A stretch of DNA of 64,000 nt from Octopus vulgaris (lineage: Eukaryota). Each line of letters starts with the position of its first letter. Position 1 is the first letter of the stretch. The notes below the pieces were generated by a model that was given only the letters and a program-made list of their open reading frames with translations, was not told where the DNA came from and ran no database searches. The stretch spans positions 81,902,001 to 81,966,000 of the forward strand of contig OX597819.1 of NCBI GenBank assembly GCA_951406725.2, given 5' to 3'. Positions 26,068 to 38,266 of the stretch are shown here, piece after piece. The translations under genes and the position numbers were made by a program.

Positions 26068-27365
26068 TTGTGAAAATCCCCAAAATACTAACAAGCACAC
26101 ATAATTTCCACATAAAGTGACGTAGACTGCTTCTACCCAAAACAAAACAAGGCGACAGATGCTTAACAGCGATCCAAAAAGCCTTTGAATATTGTATCAT
26201 ATCCCTTCGGCAACATCTTTTAACCACCAAGTGTCGAAATGCATCCCTTCACCAAGGCTGCATACATGAGGCTGATAATATCATAAGACTTGGAAGGCAG
26301 CTTCTTGAGCAACATTCTTTATCTGAGAACCTAGAATACATACCCAAAGAAGTCGCACGATTCTACCGCAACGTATCATGAGATAAAAAGATGAGCCAAT
26401 ACGAGAAGAATCATGGATATGTTATTAGAAAGCTCCGTGATCATAGAAACATCGATCATCAAAGCAGTTTATCATGGACCAATACCCGGAGTATTACCTC
26501 CCACTTGGAAGGGTATGCGTTTGCAATCCAGGAACAGGAAAAATCAACCAAGTACCTCATACACAAAAGGGATAGACATGCAGGAAAAGCAGTAAAATGT
26601 GACAGCCTATGCAGACTTTGCGGAGTTAACACCGCAAAATCATAAGCAAATCATAAGCAGTTGTCATCACGGTATTATCAACCGATGAGACGTGATGTTG
26701 TAGCTAGGACGCTCTATAATGAAATCCGTCGGAAGGATAACCTCGAGGACAAAGAAATAAGAACTCACAGTATGTTAGAAGCCATAGCCACTCATAATAA
26801 AAAGGAGTACTGGTAGAATCTACCAGTGAAGACCGCAGTAAAATGTAAGAAGGACAGACCTGATATAATGATTTGGGATAGAGAAGAGTTGTGGAAATTA
26901 GCTGCCCAGTGGATGTTAACATAAAGCTGAAGATCAGTGAAAAAGTGAATGCTTACGCTGAATTGTTGAGAAATATGCAGTTACTCTATCCAGATTACAA
27001 GTTCAGGTTTATATCTGTAATTATTGGGACCCTGGGATATGTAACACACTACTTAAATACCAATCTTGAGAAATTAGGCTTCTCAAGACCAGAAAGGAGA
27101 AAGCTAATTCGAGACTACAGATCAAATCTATCACTGGAACTGTAAAAATCTAAAAATTTCCAGAGGTTTATCATTCAAATATATATGAGCATGTTTAGAT
27201 ATGCTATTATATGCATGAGGATGCATACATAAAGATACAAATCTGCACATACATATATACATACAAGCAAAAATACCTGTTGTTGATGTAGAAATTCCAA
27301 TGAAGTAACCTTGAATTTAGTTTAGAAACCGGCTCTTTCTCTATTGAAATAAAACTGAAAAATGA
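26068..27365 (+). mobile_element. R4/Dong-like RLE non-LTR retrotransposon 3' part, copy D
   Basis: HGY..., ITSHLEGYAFAIQEQE, CRLC, RYYQPMRRDVVA, RPDIMIWD..EISCP, LLYPDYKFRFISVIIGTLG, GTVK; 3' end AACCGGCTC...AATGA then CATACATA. Confidence 0.87.
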
Positions 27366-27384
27366 CATACATATATAAGTAGCA

Positions 27385-27575
27385 TCTAGATAAGCGGGGG
27401 TTTTCAGAGAAAGAAATCACACAGCTTATCCATACATTAGAATTACAATCTATAAGCGGAACAGTAAAATTAGGCAAAATTTTTCTCAAGGGAATTTGTT
27501 TTTAATGACGGTGCTTTTTATCTTAGTTAGATACCGCTCCTTCCTTACAGGAAGATTTCAAATAATTAAGAGCAC
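27385..27575 (+). mobile_element. R4/Dong-like RLE element extreme 3' end, copy E
   Basis: GFSEKEITQLIHTLELQSISGTVKLGKIFLK; 3' UTR CCGCTCCTTCC...TTCAAATAATTAAG; followed by (CATA)n at 27585-27727. Confidence 0.78.
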
Positions 27576-27975
27576 GTACGTACGTACATACATACATACA
27601 TACATACATACATACATACATACATACATACATACATGCATACATACACACATACATACATGCATACATACATACATACATACATACATACATACATACA
27701 TACATACATACATACATACATACATACAATAGAGTGGTAATTATGGGTTTATTCAACATATTCCTCTCTCAGATCCACACATTTATTGAAGCGGTGCTTC
27801 AGTTTTTCTCAGCCCTGTTAAAAAAGAACACGTTAGGTTGGGCCTCCAACCAGGCCTTTCACGACATTCTTAAAGCCAAAAACTTTACAGCTCTCCAGGT
27901 ACATATATGCATGCATGTATGTATGCATGCATGCATAAATACATACATACATACATACATACATACATACATACA

Positions 27976-28006
<31 letters not shown>

Positions 28007-28394
28007 GTAAATAAGGATATTCTACAGTGCATAAATACATGTTAAAGCTTTATGGACGCAATCTTATCATAACAAATATTATTTCAGATGCTGTGTTTGA
28101 TTTCATTCCATACTTAAGAATGTTTATTTTCTGACGTAATTATAAAAATAATATATACTAAATCTCTAGGTAAACGTGATGTAGACTTAGTGCCGTCGCA
28201 AAAGTGAAACTCTTAACGAAAGGCGCAATTTCAAAAGAACTGATGTATATCATAATTCTCCAATAAACTTCTAATAATATCGGAATTCCCACGAATACTG
28301 CTAGTAACACTTCAAGTAGTTTAATGTTACACAGCAGGCAGTTGTAGTCTATTAGAAGGATTCAGCAAAATTTACTTGTTAGTAATAATGTGTA

Positions 28395-28990
28395 AAGCGT
28401 TGAGCTGGCAGAATCGTTAGCACACCGGGCAAATTGCTTAGCGGCATTTCGTCTGTCTTTACGCTCTGAATTCAAATTCCGCCGAGATTGACTTTGCCTT
28501 TCATTCTTTCGGGGTCGATAAAATAAGTACCAGTTGAACTGCGGTGTCGATATTATCGACTTATCCCCCCCACGAGACTGCTGGCTTTGGGCTCAAATTT
28601 TAAACCAGTATTTCTTCTGGCACTAAAGGCGGCGAGCTGGCAGAATAGTTAGCACACAGGCTAAAATGCTTAGCAGCATTTTAATCAAATTTACGTTCAA
28701 ATACCACTGTGGTCATCTTTGATTTTTATCCATAAGTGATGGATGAAATAAGTACCAGTTAAACCCTGAGGTTGATGCAATCGACTCATTCCTTCAACAA
28801 AAATTGCTAGTGTCGTGTCAAAATTTGAAACCAACATTTCTGCTGCCGCTTTACGTTCTGAGTTCAAATCACGTCGAAGTTAACTTTGCCTTTCATGTTT
28901 TCGAGGTCGATAAAAATAAGTTCTGGGGTCGGTGGTATCGTCTAATCTCCTCCTCACAAGTAGGGTGATCTTGTCCCTAAATTAGAAGCT
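28395..28990 (+). mobile_element. Tandem array of ~3 tRNA-derived SINE monomers (second octopus SINE family)
   Basis: Repeated GAGCTGGCAGAATCGTTAGCAC...TTCAAAT...GACTTTGCCTTTCAT...GGGGTCGATAAAATAAGTACCAG; third copy lacks the head. Confidence 0.85.
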
Positions 28991-30564
28991 GCGATTAGTA
29001 CTATGTAAATAGAATTGAGGTAGACATTAAATATGTTTAACTACTTATAGTTGTAGTCATTGCATGTATGTCTATATGCGCGTGTGTGTCTTTGCGTGTT
29101 AATAATATTTTAGTACGTAGTTAATCTAAGAGATTTCTACATAAAGAAATATGCCTCATCTTTTTGAACAAGAGGGTTAATTAGATTAACAAGCGCATAA
29201 CCAAGGTAAATAGCTGCTCCAAGTTAAGTTAAATAAGCAGGAATGGTAAGTGAAACAAACTAGAAAACATAGCTATCTGAATAAGTAAGGAGAAATAGTT
29301 TGCTGAATAAGTAGAAAAGATGCATAGATTTATAATTTAAAAGCTAGTTGCTGTGTAGACCCAGATCGGCTTTAATTAACATGATCCATTTTCAAAAGCG
29401 TCCTAGCCATAATCAACTTGTCTTTATTTAGACATCGTTTATGAAATAGAACATAAGATTTGTGGGAAATCTTGGTTGTTATTTCTAGTAGGTTGGACAA
29501 TAACGTTGATAGTCCTCTGTTGGTTTCTTTAACAACTAGATAAATAAACAGATGACTAACTGGGTAATGTAACTCGTAGCTAGATTAGGCAGCTTTTAGT
29601 AAGAGGATATTTCGAAAACCACTTCAACCGAGATAAGAACCATAAATACCCATATCTTTACAAAGGAAAAAGGGGTGAGAAAGCGTAATTTTTCTTAGAA
29701 TATTCGTTCAGTAAATAAACGGAAATATACAGAATGTAAAATCGAAATAGACATGCAAAGTCATTTTATCTGAAGCTTACAACTTCCTCTATGGCGTCCA
29801 ACAAGAGAATTGTGAAAATAGTGAGATAAAATATACATATGTATATATGTGTATATATTCCTTTGCCATTTTGATAAAACGTGTTCTAATGAAGATCTTG
29901 CCAAAAGTATTCTTTTTTCAGAAAAGAAAGGATTGACAGCAATAGCAAATCTAACCTTTAACAGCGAAGCATTCTATCAGAATTAGACATAGCTTTTTAA
30001 AGGTGTTTAAAAAAAAAAACACCTACATAAATATTTGCTGAAATTTTCCAGCTTGTGAATAAATAAATGAACATTTAATGTGACAAAACATGCAGATTAT
30101 AAGCTTAATACTGGAACACTTCACATGCTCTGCTTTAGATAAATCTGGTGTAAAACGCCTACAATAAAGTTTCTTGAAGATAGTATCTATTCCTTTTCTT
30201 TGTTTCTTTGTTTCTTTCGTTTTTCTTTCTTTTGCACATGAAGGCATTAAATGAAAATATTTGCTGTTCTTTAGAAATGAAACAGTTATATGTTTCTTAG
30301 TTTCGCCTCGACATTACATGCAACAGAGTATTTATTGAATGAAACAGCCAAAGGGAAAGAATTCTCACGTTGACAAAGTGCATTTTTTTGTTTTCTTTCC
30401 TCAGCAGCGTTTCTTTGGAAATATCCACAAATCCTCTTTTCCCTTACTTCTCTTCATTCCATCTCATCTATTTCAGCCTTCTTTTTCAATTCTATCATCG
30501 CTGAATACACAACGACATATATTTGTATTTCATTTCATAATTCTCTCTCCCACCGCACTCGTGT

Positions 30565-30692
30565 ACGTACGTAGGTATGGGTGTGTGTGTATGTGTGAAT
30601 GTGTGTATATATATATACTGTGTGATCAAAAGTGGTGTATATACATATATATATATATATATGTATGTATATGCAGGAAATATACATATATA

Positions 30693-30730
<38 letters not shown>

Positions 30731-30890
30731 TATATGTATGTATGCATGTGTGTGTATGTATGTACATATGTATGTATGCCTGTATGTATGCATGTATGTA
30801 TGTATGTATGTGTGTATGCGAGTATGTGTGCGTGCTTGTGTGTGTGTGTTTGTGTGTGCGTGTGTTTGTGTATGTGTATATAAGTATATG
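30565..30890. repeat. Compound (TG)/(TA)/(TATG) microsatellite
   Basis: Directly visible. Confidence 0.9.
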
Positions 30891-32654
30891 CATTAGCAAA
30901 TATTACCGTTCTACCGTTGGAATTGATTATCTATAGATATAAAATATATATGTCCAGTTATTCGTTATTTGTTGTATGTCTTGATCTGTTTCTCTTTCTT
31001 AAGAAACTTACAAGAAATATTCACAAAAGACCCATTGAAACCTGTATTAAAAGTTAAAAAAAAAACAACTAAAAAACAAACTATGTAGTTGCATTTTGAA
31101 TTATAAGCCTGTTATATAGATATATTGTGTAGAACTGCATAATATTCTGTTTTCGAGAAATTTACCGTGATCATAATTTTTTCCTACTATAGAAACTAGA
31201 CGATTTTTAAAAGGTATTTTATCGATTTTACATGGTGTGGTAATAGATGAATGAATGGTTTCTAGACTAAGATAAAATAAATTCAGTTGGATGTGATGCT
31301 TATTTAACAGAATAAAACTATTTCAACAAGAAAAGCAAGTGTAAATAATTCGGATTTTCAGAAAGGTGAGTTTAAAAAATGGATTTTGCATTGGAATAAA
31401 TACTTTATCGTATTTAGCTTAAAGCACTGAGTTCAAACTCCATCGTAGTCAGTTTCTTGGCCTTGGCTGTAACTACTCATGGGGTATGGGAATAGATAAA
31501 AATAAATAAACAAAATATAATATCGATTTAACTAGCTTGTTGCTCAACAAATATGGACATTGTGTCTAATTAATAAAGGACTAAAAGTCTTTTCAGCCAG
31601 TATCATTGAGATAATGCCGATTTTATTGCTTTATAAACTTTATTCAACGATTTCGATGAGTATTTCAATTGTTCGATCAACTGTACTATCTGTTCATTGT
31701 CTTTGCGTGTAAGTGACTGGGTATTTCATAGAGACTCCTATGTAATAATCAAACAGAATCAACGTATTAAAGTCCATGACAAAGCTTCGTCATTGAATTA
31801 TAAGGACAATTGATCCGGCGGGTTTCCATTTTCCTTCAGTTTCAGTCACTGAGCCAGAGTAACTCGTAGCTGTAGCATAAGATACAACTTGCTCATGACA
31901 ACAGAAAATGACATCAGATATAGGAGATTGTGATTACCAAGCAAACCACATTACCGTTCAGCAACACCTCTCCCCACGGGAGCGAGAAACTGCCAACACG
32001 TATTAGGGATCTTTCACGATTATAATATTATTATAAGTGACAATCTACTTCTACTTTGTTGAAGCAAGCATAATGCCAGGGACAGATTAAAAATGTCAAG
32101 CGTCTGCGAAATCAGAATGATTAAGACAAGTGAACTATCAATAACGTTTAAGCATCGACATATTGAATATACTTCAGTGATAGAGACATACTTAGAAATT
32201 TCAAGGACAGCATGAATATATTGTCAGGCTTAGGTGAGAGATGTGACATAGTGTTAGAGTAAAGTTAGCAATGTTTTCTCTCGTAGATGATATTGATTAT
32301 TTCTCGAGCGTTCATTCTGTAGATTAAATTAATATCTGCTAAGATTAAAATAGTATGTCACGATATTATGTTTAAGAAATAAAATATAGTTGGGAGGCTG
32401 CCACCATCCTTACATACCAAGGTCATAAACATAGCAAGACAGAGATACGCACTCATTATGATTCTTTTACTGAATCACATTGCGGCTATACTGGGGCACT
32501 ATATTAAAGAATTTTATTCTGTCTGCTACACATTTATCGACCGCGTTAGGCATATAGACAAAGCTGACCAGGAATATAGAGATACAACCAAATGGAAGCA
32601 AATTCCATAGAGTATTTCTTATTCGATGCTCTGATACTGTTACACAACCCACTG

Positions 32655-32702
<48 letters not shown>

Positions 32703-32771
32703 GAGAATATAAGGATAAAATTACGTTAATGATTTTTATCAAGTAGCCAGCATGCTGTAAAATTTAATACA

Positions 32772-32820
<49 letters not shown>

Positions 32821-32964
32821 TTCTGTAAATTTATGCTATATATATACGTCAATACATACACACACACGATAGATATGTGTGTGTTTGTGTGTATGGAGAT
32901 ATGACTATATACATACACACACACATACATACATACATACATACATACATAGACACACACACAT

Positions 32965-33095
32965 CCAGCAGGCTTTCACTTTATTTTTATCTGCTCAATA
33001 GCTCGGGGTTTTGGTCAGTACGGAGCTATAGAAGAGAGGATTCTGGAACCACCTGATTATGAAGCAAACTTGTTAACTACATGACCATGCTTGCG
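32965..33095 (-). mobile_element. Degenerate SINE head (4808 family)
   Basis: Reverse complement resembles GTAGTTAACAAGTTTGCTT...GGTTCC...CTATAGCTCCG..GACCAAAACC. Confidence 0.5.
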
Positions 33096-34599
33096 TATAT
33101 TAGCAAACACGCAAATTTAACTAACACACACTCACCTACATCTAATATATATCCATAACGTAACACACGCATTACTTATAGGTATATAAAACAAAAGGAA
33201 AAATAAAAGAAATTATTTGTAAAAAATATTAGTTCTTATCGAAAATAAAATAAGAACAAACATGTTATTGAAGCCAAGAATACGTCTTTTAAAGGACTTT
33301 GAACAATAATGTCGAGAAGAGACATTGATTTAAGAGTTTAATCATTTAGCCAACGGAATTTTTCCCCCACTCCATCACATCTGAAGCTGATTTCTCAACG
33401 AGTGACTACAAGATAAAGTTTTGGTGATAATTATCCTGCTGTTTCCTATTAAGTACTGTTAACAGGAATATAACTGATGTCACAAAATTTATAAACAGAC
33501 GCTGTGCAGTAACTGATGAGAGTCAATAAAGTCAGTAGATGAACTAAAACATAATTCAGTCATTATCATTATCAAACTTATGTCGTATGTTGTGAGGTTG
33601 AAAAAATAACATTAGGTTTTAAAGACAGAAATGAAACAATACCTTATTGAGAAAATGAGGAATGAAAGTCATCTATCTGCCAACAAGATCAGGTAATTGG
33701 CTATTGGACCCGACTATATAATCCGGCCTTATTTTTTAAAAAGAGGGTAGAGTCTATATCGCACAATGATTTCTGTCTAATCAAATATAGTTTACATGAT
33801 TCTCTGAATTTGTAATACAAAGACTTCGTTGTTAACGAAAGTAAGAGTGATACAATGTTCCATTTTCCACCAATGTCCTACAGCTCGGCATGCATACGAG
33901 GGAAATGCGGAAGTGGCTATAGGAGAAATTCAGGTGCAATGATGTGGAAGTAGTAATGCAGATACACGATTAGGCTTGATATATACATATACACAAATAT
34001 ACACACACATACACATATGCGCATAGAGGTATACATAAATGTATAACTAAACACGCGAATTCACATAAATAATCTTAAAATACAAAAGCGAGAAAGAGAA
34101 AGAGAGAAGGAATATTCTGCCAAAATAACTAAGTAAAGAATTAAGACTAAGTCATGATTAGAAAAGATTATAGAGACTGCAGAATATGCAAGAGCTGAGT
34201 AAAGTGTGTGCTTTACATGAAAAGATTACGTGGAGAACGTATTGAGTAATGAGGGGTTACGGTGGCAAAGGGTAGTGAGCGGCTCATCTGAACACAATTT
34301 ACAAACTCGGTAGTTTAATACTGTACTGGGAAGCCTCGCAAACAATGGACCAGGATAAGATATAGGGAATATTTCGAGACTTGGGGTTATGTGTATATGT
34401 ATATACGTATGTATATATGTATTTATGTAGGTATGTATGCATGTAGCTAGGGAGATAGACAGTCTAGAGGCCCGATTTGAAAACGAATTCAAGTGAGCCC
34501 AGTAGTGGGTCTTCAAATCATACGTTGTGTTCTGCCTATTCAACCCTTTAGGTATATATATATATCTCGATAGATGGATATACAGATATATATATATAT

Positions 34600-35097
34600 A
34601 TTTTTTCTTTTGCCCTTACTTATAAATTGTCTATAAATTTAACCTTTAAAGGTATTTTTTAATATGCTGTCCATTGATAGAATTATTTTTCGAAAAATTC
34701 TATCCTATATTAGATGTTAATTTAATAGTGTTCACCTCCGGATTCTCTCACTTTACGAGAGCTTTTCGGTTCGAATCGCACGTGCCTCGAGGTGTGCTAG
34801 AGAATTTCTATTTTGGATATATTTGGGGTACTTAATTGTGCTCGCTTCTTCCATGAGTATAAGTAAGTATATCACTTATTTCTTTACCACATTTATCACT
34901 GATGAAGAGAAGGATCTTATGAACTAACTGTGAAATCGGGTCCGATATGGTAATAACGGAATTTTTTTGGAAATTTCTGTCGGCTTTCTTTGAAACACGT
35001 GCTTGTAGTGACAAATTACATGGTTATTGACGTAGCGTCTATTTTCGGCATATTTTGGCATTAGAAATTTTTTCTTTTGCCCTTACTTATAAATTGT
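34600..35097 (+). mobile_element. Non-coding Penelope-like/retrozyme-like unit with 31-bp terminal direct repeat, embedded in (TA)n
   Basis: ATTTTTTCTTTTGCCCTTACTTATAAATTGT at 34600-34630 and 35067-35097; internal hammerhead; (TA)n on both sides. Confidence 0.7.
34893..34953 (+). ncRNA. Type I hammerhead ribozyme
   Basis: Stem I TTATCA/TGGTAA; core CTGATGA (34899-34905); stem II AGAG..CTGT (one mismatch); GAAA (34932-34935); stem III ATCGG/CCGAT; predicted cleavage after A34947. Confidence 0.75.
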
Positions 35098-36964
35098 TTA
35101 TATATATATATATACATGTACTCACATGTAAACATATACATGGTTGTGTGTGAGTACGTGTATGTAATATATAAAATCCATATCTGTAATATGTGTAATT
35201 AAATTATTGGATATATTTCGGTATGATTTTACAAAGGCCAAAATAATGCTTATTTTCTGACATTATGTGATTTCAGTTTTCTGTAAAATAAACCATTGAT
35301 AGGTCCAGTGACACAATCGTTCACGAATGCATGCAATAAAAAAAAACTATTCTATGTAACTTTAATATGTACTATGCAACAATATATTCAATGGAAAGAC
35401 ATTACTTTCACAACAGTCATAGTGAATTTTGAAGTAAATTTAATGGCTAAGACTTTGGCGTCCTTAAATACAATAAAAACTGCGTTGGCCGAATAATAGA
35501 TGTATTTTTATTCCAGTTTGTTTTGTTTTATTCATTCTGTTCTCTTCGTATATAAATATGCACGAGAGATAAATCTATGTATATTGCAATTATTCATTAT
35601 CTTAACATCTCCGGAACCAAAAATAAAAACAAAAGAGAGAGAAAGAGAAAGGGAGAGAGAGAGAGAAGTATTTGATCGAAATATTGTTCAATTGAGAGCC
35701 AGCAAGGAATAATCACAGTCATAATGGAACTTTCAACTTCCAATAATTTTATTTATGTGTTTCTGTTTAGATAAATCAAAGCACTTTACTGATGGTTCCA
35801 CAACTTCAAATATTTTGACCCGCACAAATATAATTTAGACAATATTGTGATGTTTACAATCAATATTTATTGACAGTCTCTCACAGGAGTTTTATAGTTT
35901 TGTCGTATATTATTTGATGCATGTCATAAAGTCGATTGTATGATGCAAACTAAAATTACTGTCTGATACAGACTGAAAGTGACTTGACATTCTCATGTCT
36001 TCAATAGTTATATATTTGACCGTAATCTAACATAGGAACATCGCATTGTTGTGTGCAGACAGGCTCATGTCATTGCTGACGCCTTGTAAAGATCATTACG
36101 GAGAAAGAGTTGGTTAAAGAGAAAAATAACTCATATACAGAAAGAGAGAGATGAAAAATGTAGATAAACAGATAGATACATAGAAAGAAAGAGGTAGAAA
36201 AGTGAAAGAAAGAGAGAGAGAGAAAGAGGGAAAGAGAAATAGAGAGAGAGAAAGCGAGAGAGAGAGAAAGCGAGAGAGAGAGAGAGAGAGTAACAGGTTA
36301 CGCACCTTAATGGTATAGCATAGAAAGAATCTATGGAAAATTTAAATTATGTCAGCGAGAGAAATCCTTTCACCATACTGCAGATTTTATATCTTATTTG
36401 GCACAAGGTCATGTGTTTGTTACATTTGTTAGGAAGTAGAATCGTTGTTTAAATCCATCCCAATACAGGCCTGGTATTTAGTTTATCCATCCCGTACAGA
36501 TTGATGACAAAGTCGATTCCAGTAAGATAGAAAATAAGCACATTTTTTATCCAAACCCTAAGTCGACTGAAAAAATAGAGCTTAACCAAGTCTCCATTGC
36601 CTGAATGGAATGCCAGTTCATCACACATTTATGACTCAGATAAAATCGTAGAACATTAACTGAAAGTCATTAAATGTCTCTGGGCGCTTATGATGCCAAA
36701 CATCTAATCACATTCGCTATATCCTCACGCTAAACGTTAATCGATTTGGTATTTACAATCCTAGAGGCATGAACGCTTAAGTTTCTTTACGAGAGCGCTC
36801 AATTACAGAGATCAAGACTTCAAGCTCTACAAACGGCTCACATCCTCCCTCTCTTCCTCTTCCAGTCTCTTCCAAATCTGTTCCTCGGTGTGTGTAAATA
36901 TACAAACATACACATATTTCAAGGGAAAGGTTGATAGTGACTGCGAAGTTTCGTTGTATACCGG

Positions 36965-37005
36965 CTTCGTCTGATGAAACTAGTGCACGGTGAAATTCAT
37001 AGTAA
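36965..37005 (+). ncRNA. Degenerate hammerhead-like motif in a probable Penelope 3' remnant
   Basis: CTGATGAAAC...GGTGAAA core present; stems I and III poorly paired. Confidence 0.3.
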
Positions 37006-37089
37006 ATCTTTTTCTTCTAAAAATAAATGTGATACTCTATCATTTGTGTTAACTGACTCGTCAATTGATTTTGTCGTATTTATGTAAAG

Positions 37090-37235
37090 GGAAGGCACAT
37101 GTTCTAGTGGTTAGGAGGTTTGGCTCACGATTATAATGTTGAGGGTTGAATACCTGAATTGGACAGCGCATTGTCCTTGAAAAAGTCACTACATTCCACC
37201 GTTGCTCCACTCTACCTGGGTGCAAATGAGCACTG
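37090..37235 (+). mobile_element. Degenerate tRNA-derived SINE head
   Basis: A-box-like TTCTAGTGGTTAGG, B-box-like GGTTGAATACC, then TGTCCTTGA..AAG.CACT; similar copy at 52520-52650. Confidence 0.55.
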
Positions 37236-37431
37236 GTCGAGTGCTGGCGCGGTTTTCTCTCCCCCAGCTCTCATATTCTGAATGTGCTGCTAGTTCTACT
37301 AGCGGATAATAGCTAGCACTTTATTTGCACAGAATTACACAGACGCACACAGTCATATACACGACACTTACATTCTATCACAAACAACAAAAAATTCCCG
37401 ACCTGTTTTGACACACACACACATATATATT

Positions 37432-37687
37432 CTTTTATTCTTTTATTTGTTTAAGTCACTTGACTGCGGCCATCCTGGAGCACCACATTTAGTCGAGCAA
37501 ATCGACCCCAGTACTTATTCTTTGTAAGCCTAGTACTTATTCTATCGGTCTCTCTTGCCGAACCGCTAAATGACGGGGACGTAAACACACCAGCATCGGT
37601 TGTCAAGTGATGCTGGAGGGACAAACACAGACACACAGACACACAAACACATACATACATACATACATACATACATACATACACACA

Positions 37688-37766
<79 letters not shown>

Positions 37767-38093
37767 AATATTAGGGAATAAATCCAAACTTACAGGGAAA
37801 AATCAGATTTAGGATTGGATCCAATTTTATAGTAAAATATTATATTATATTAAATTAGAGATAAAACCACTATTAGGCAAATCATACAATGAAAAACTTA
37901 AGCCAATACATAAGATTATTTAATTTATATTATTCAAATATATAACAAAATTATTAAAAAGATATAATTAATTATATTTTTTTAATAATTTTGTTATATA
38001 TTTAAATAATATAAATTAAATAATCTTATGTATTGGCTTAAGTTTTTCATTGTATGATTTGCCTAATAGTGGTTTTATCTCTAATTTAATATA

Positions 38094-38125
<32 letters not shown>

Positions 38126-38266
38126 CGACAGGCTTCTTTCAGTTTCTGTCAACCAAATCCACTCACAAGGCTTTGGTCGGCCGGAGGCTATAGTAGAAGG
38201 TGCTACGCAGTAGGATTGAACCCGGAACCATATGGTTGGTAAGCAAGCTACTTACAACACAGCCAT
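37432..38266 (-). mobile_element. tRNA-derived SINE (4808 family) interrupted within its internal microsatellite
   Basis: Tail at 37432-37625 and head at 38124-38266 are reverse complements of the two halves of 4808-5180. Confidence 0.88.
37763..38102. mobile_element. Fold-back insertion, probably a Penelope-type inverted terminus, in (TA)n
   Basis: 266-bp spacer-less palindrome 37837-38102 centred at 37969/37970; leader TATTAGGGA..AATCCAAACTTACAGGGAAAAA recurs near 42664 and 62281. Confidence 0.7.
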
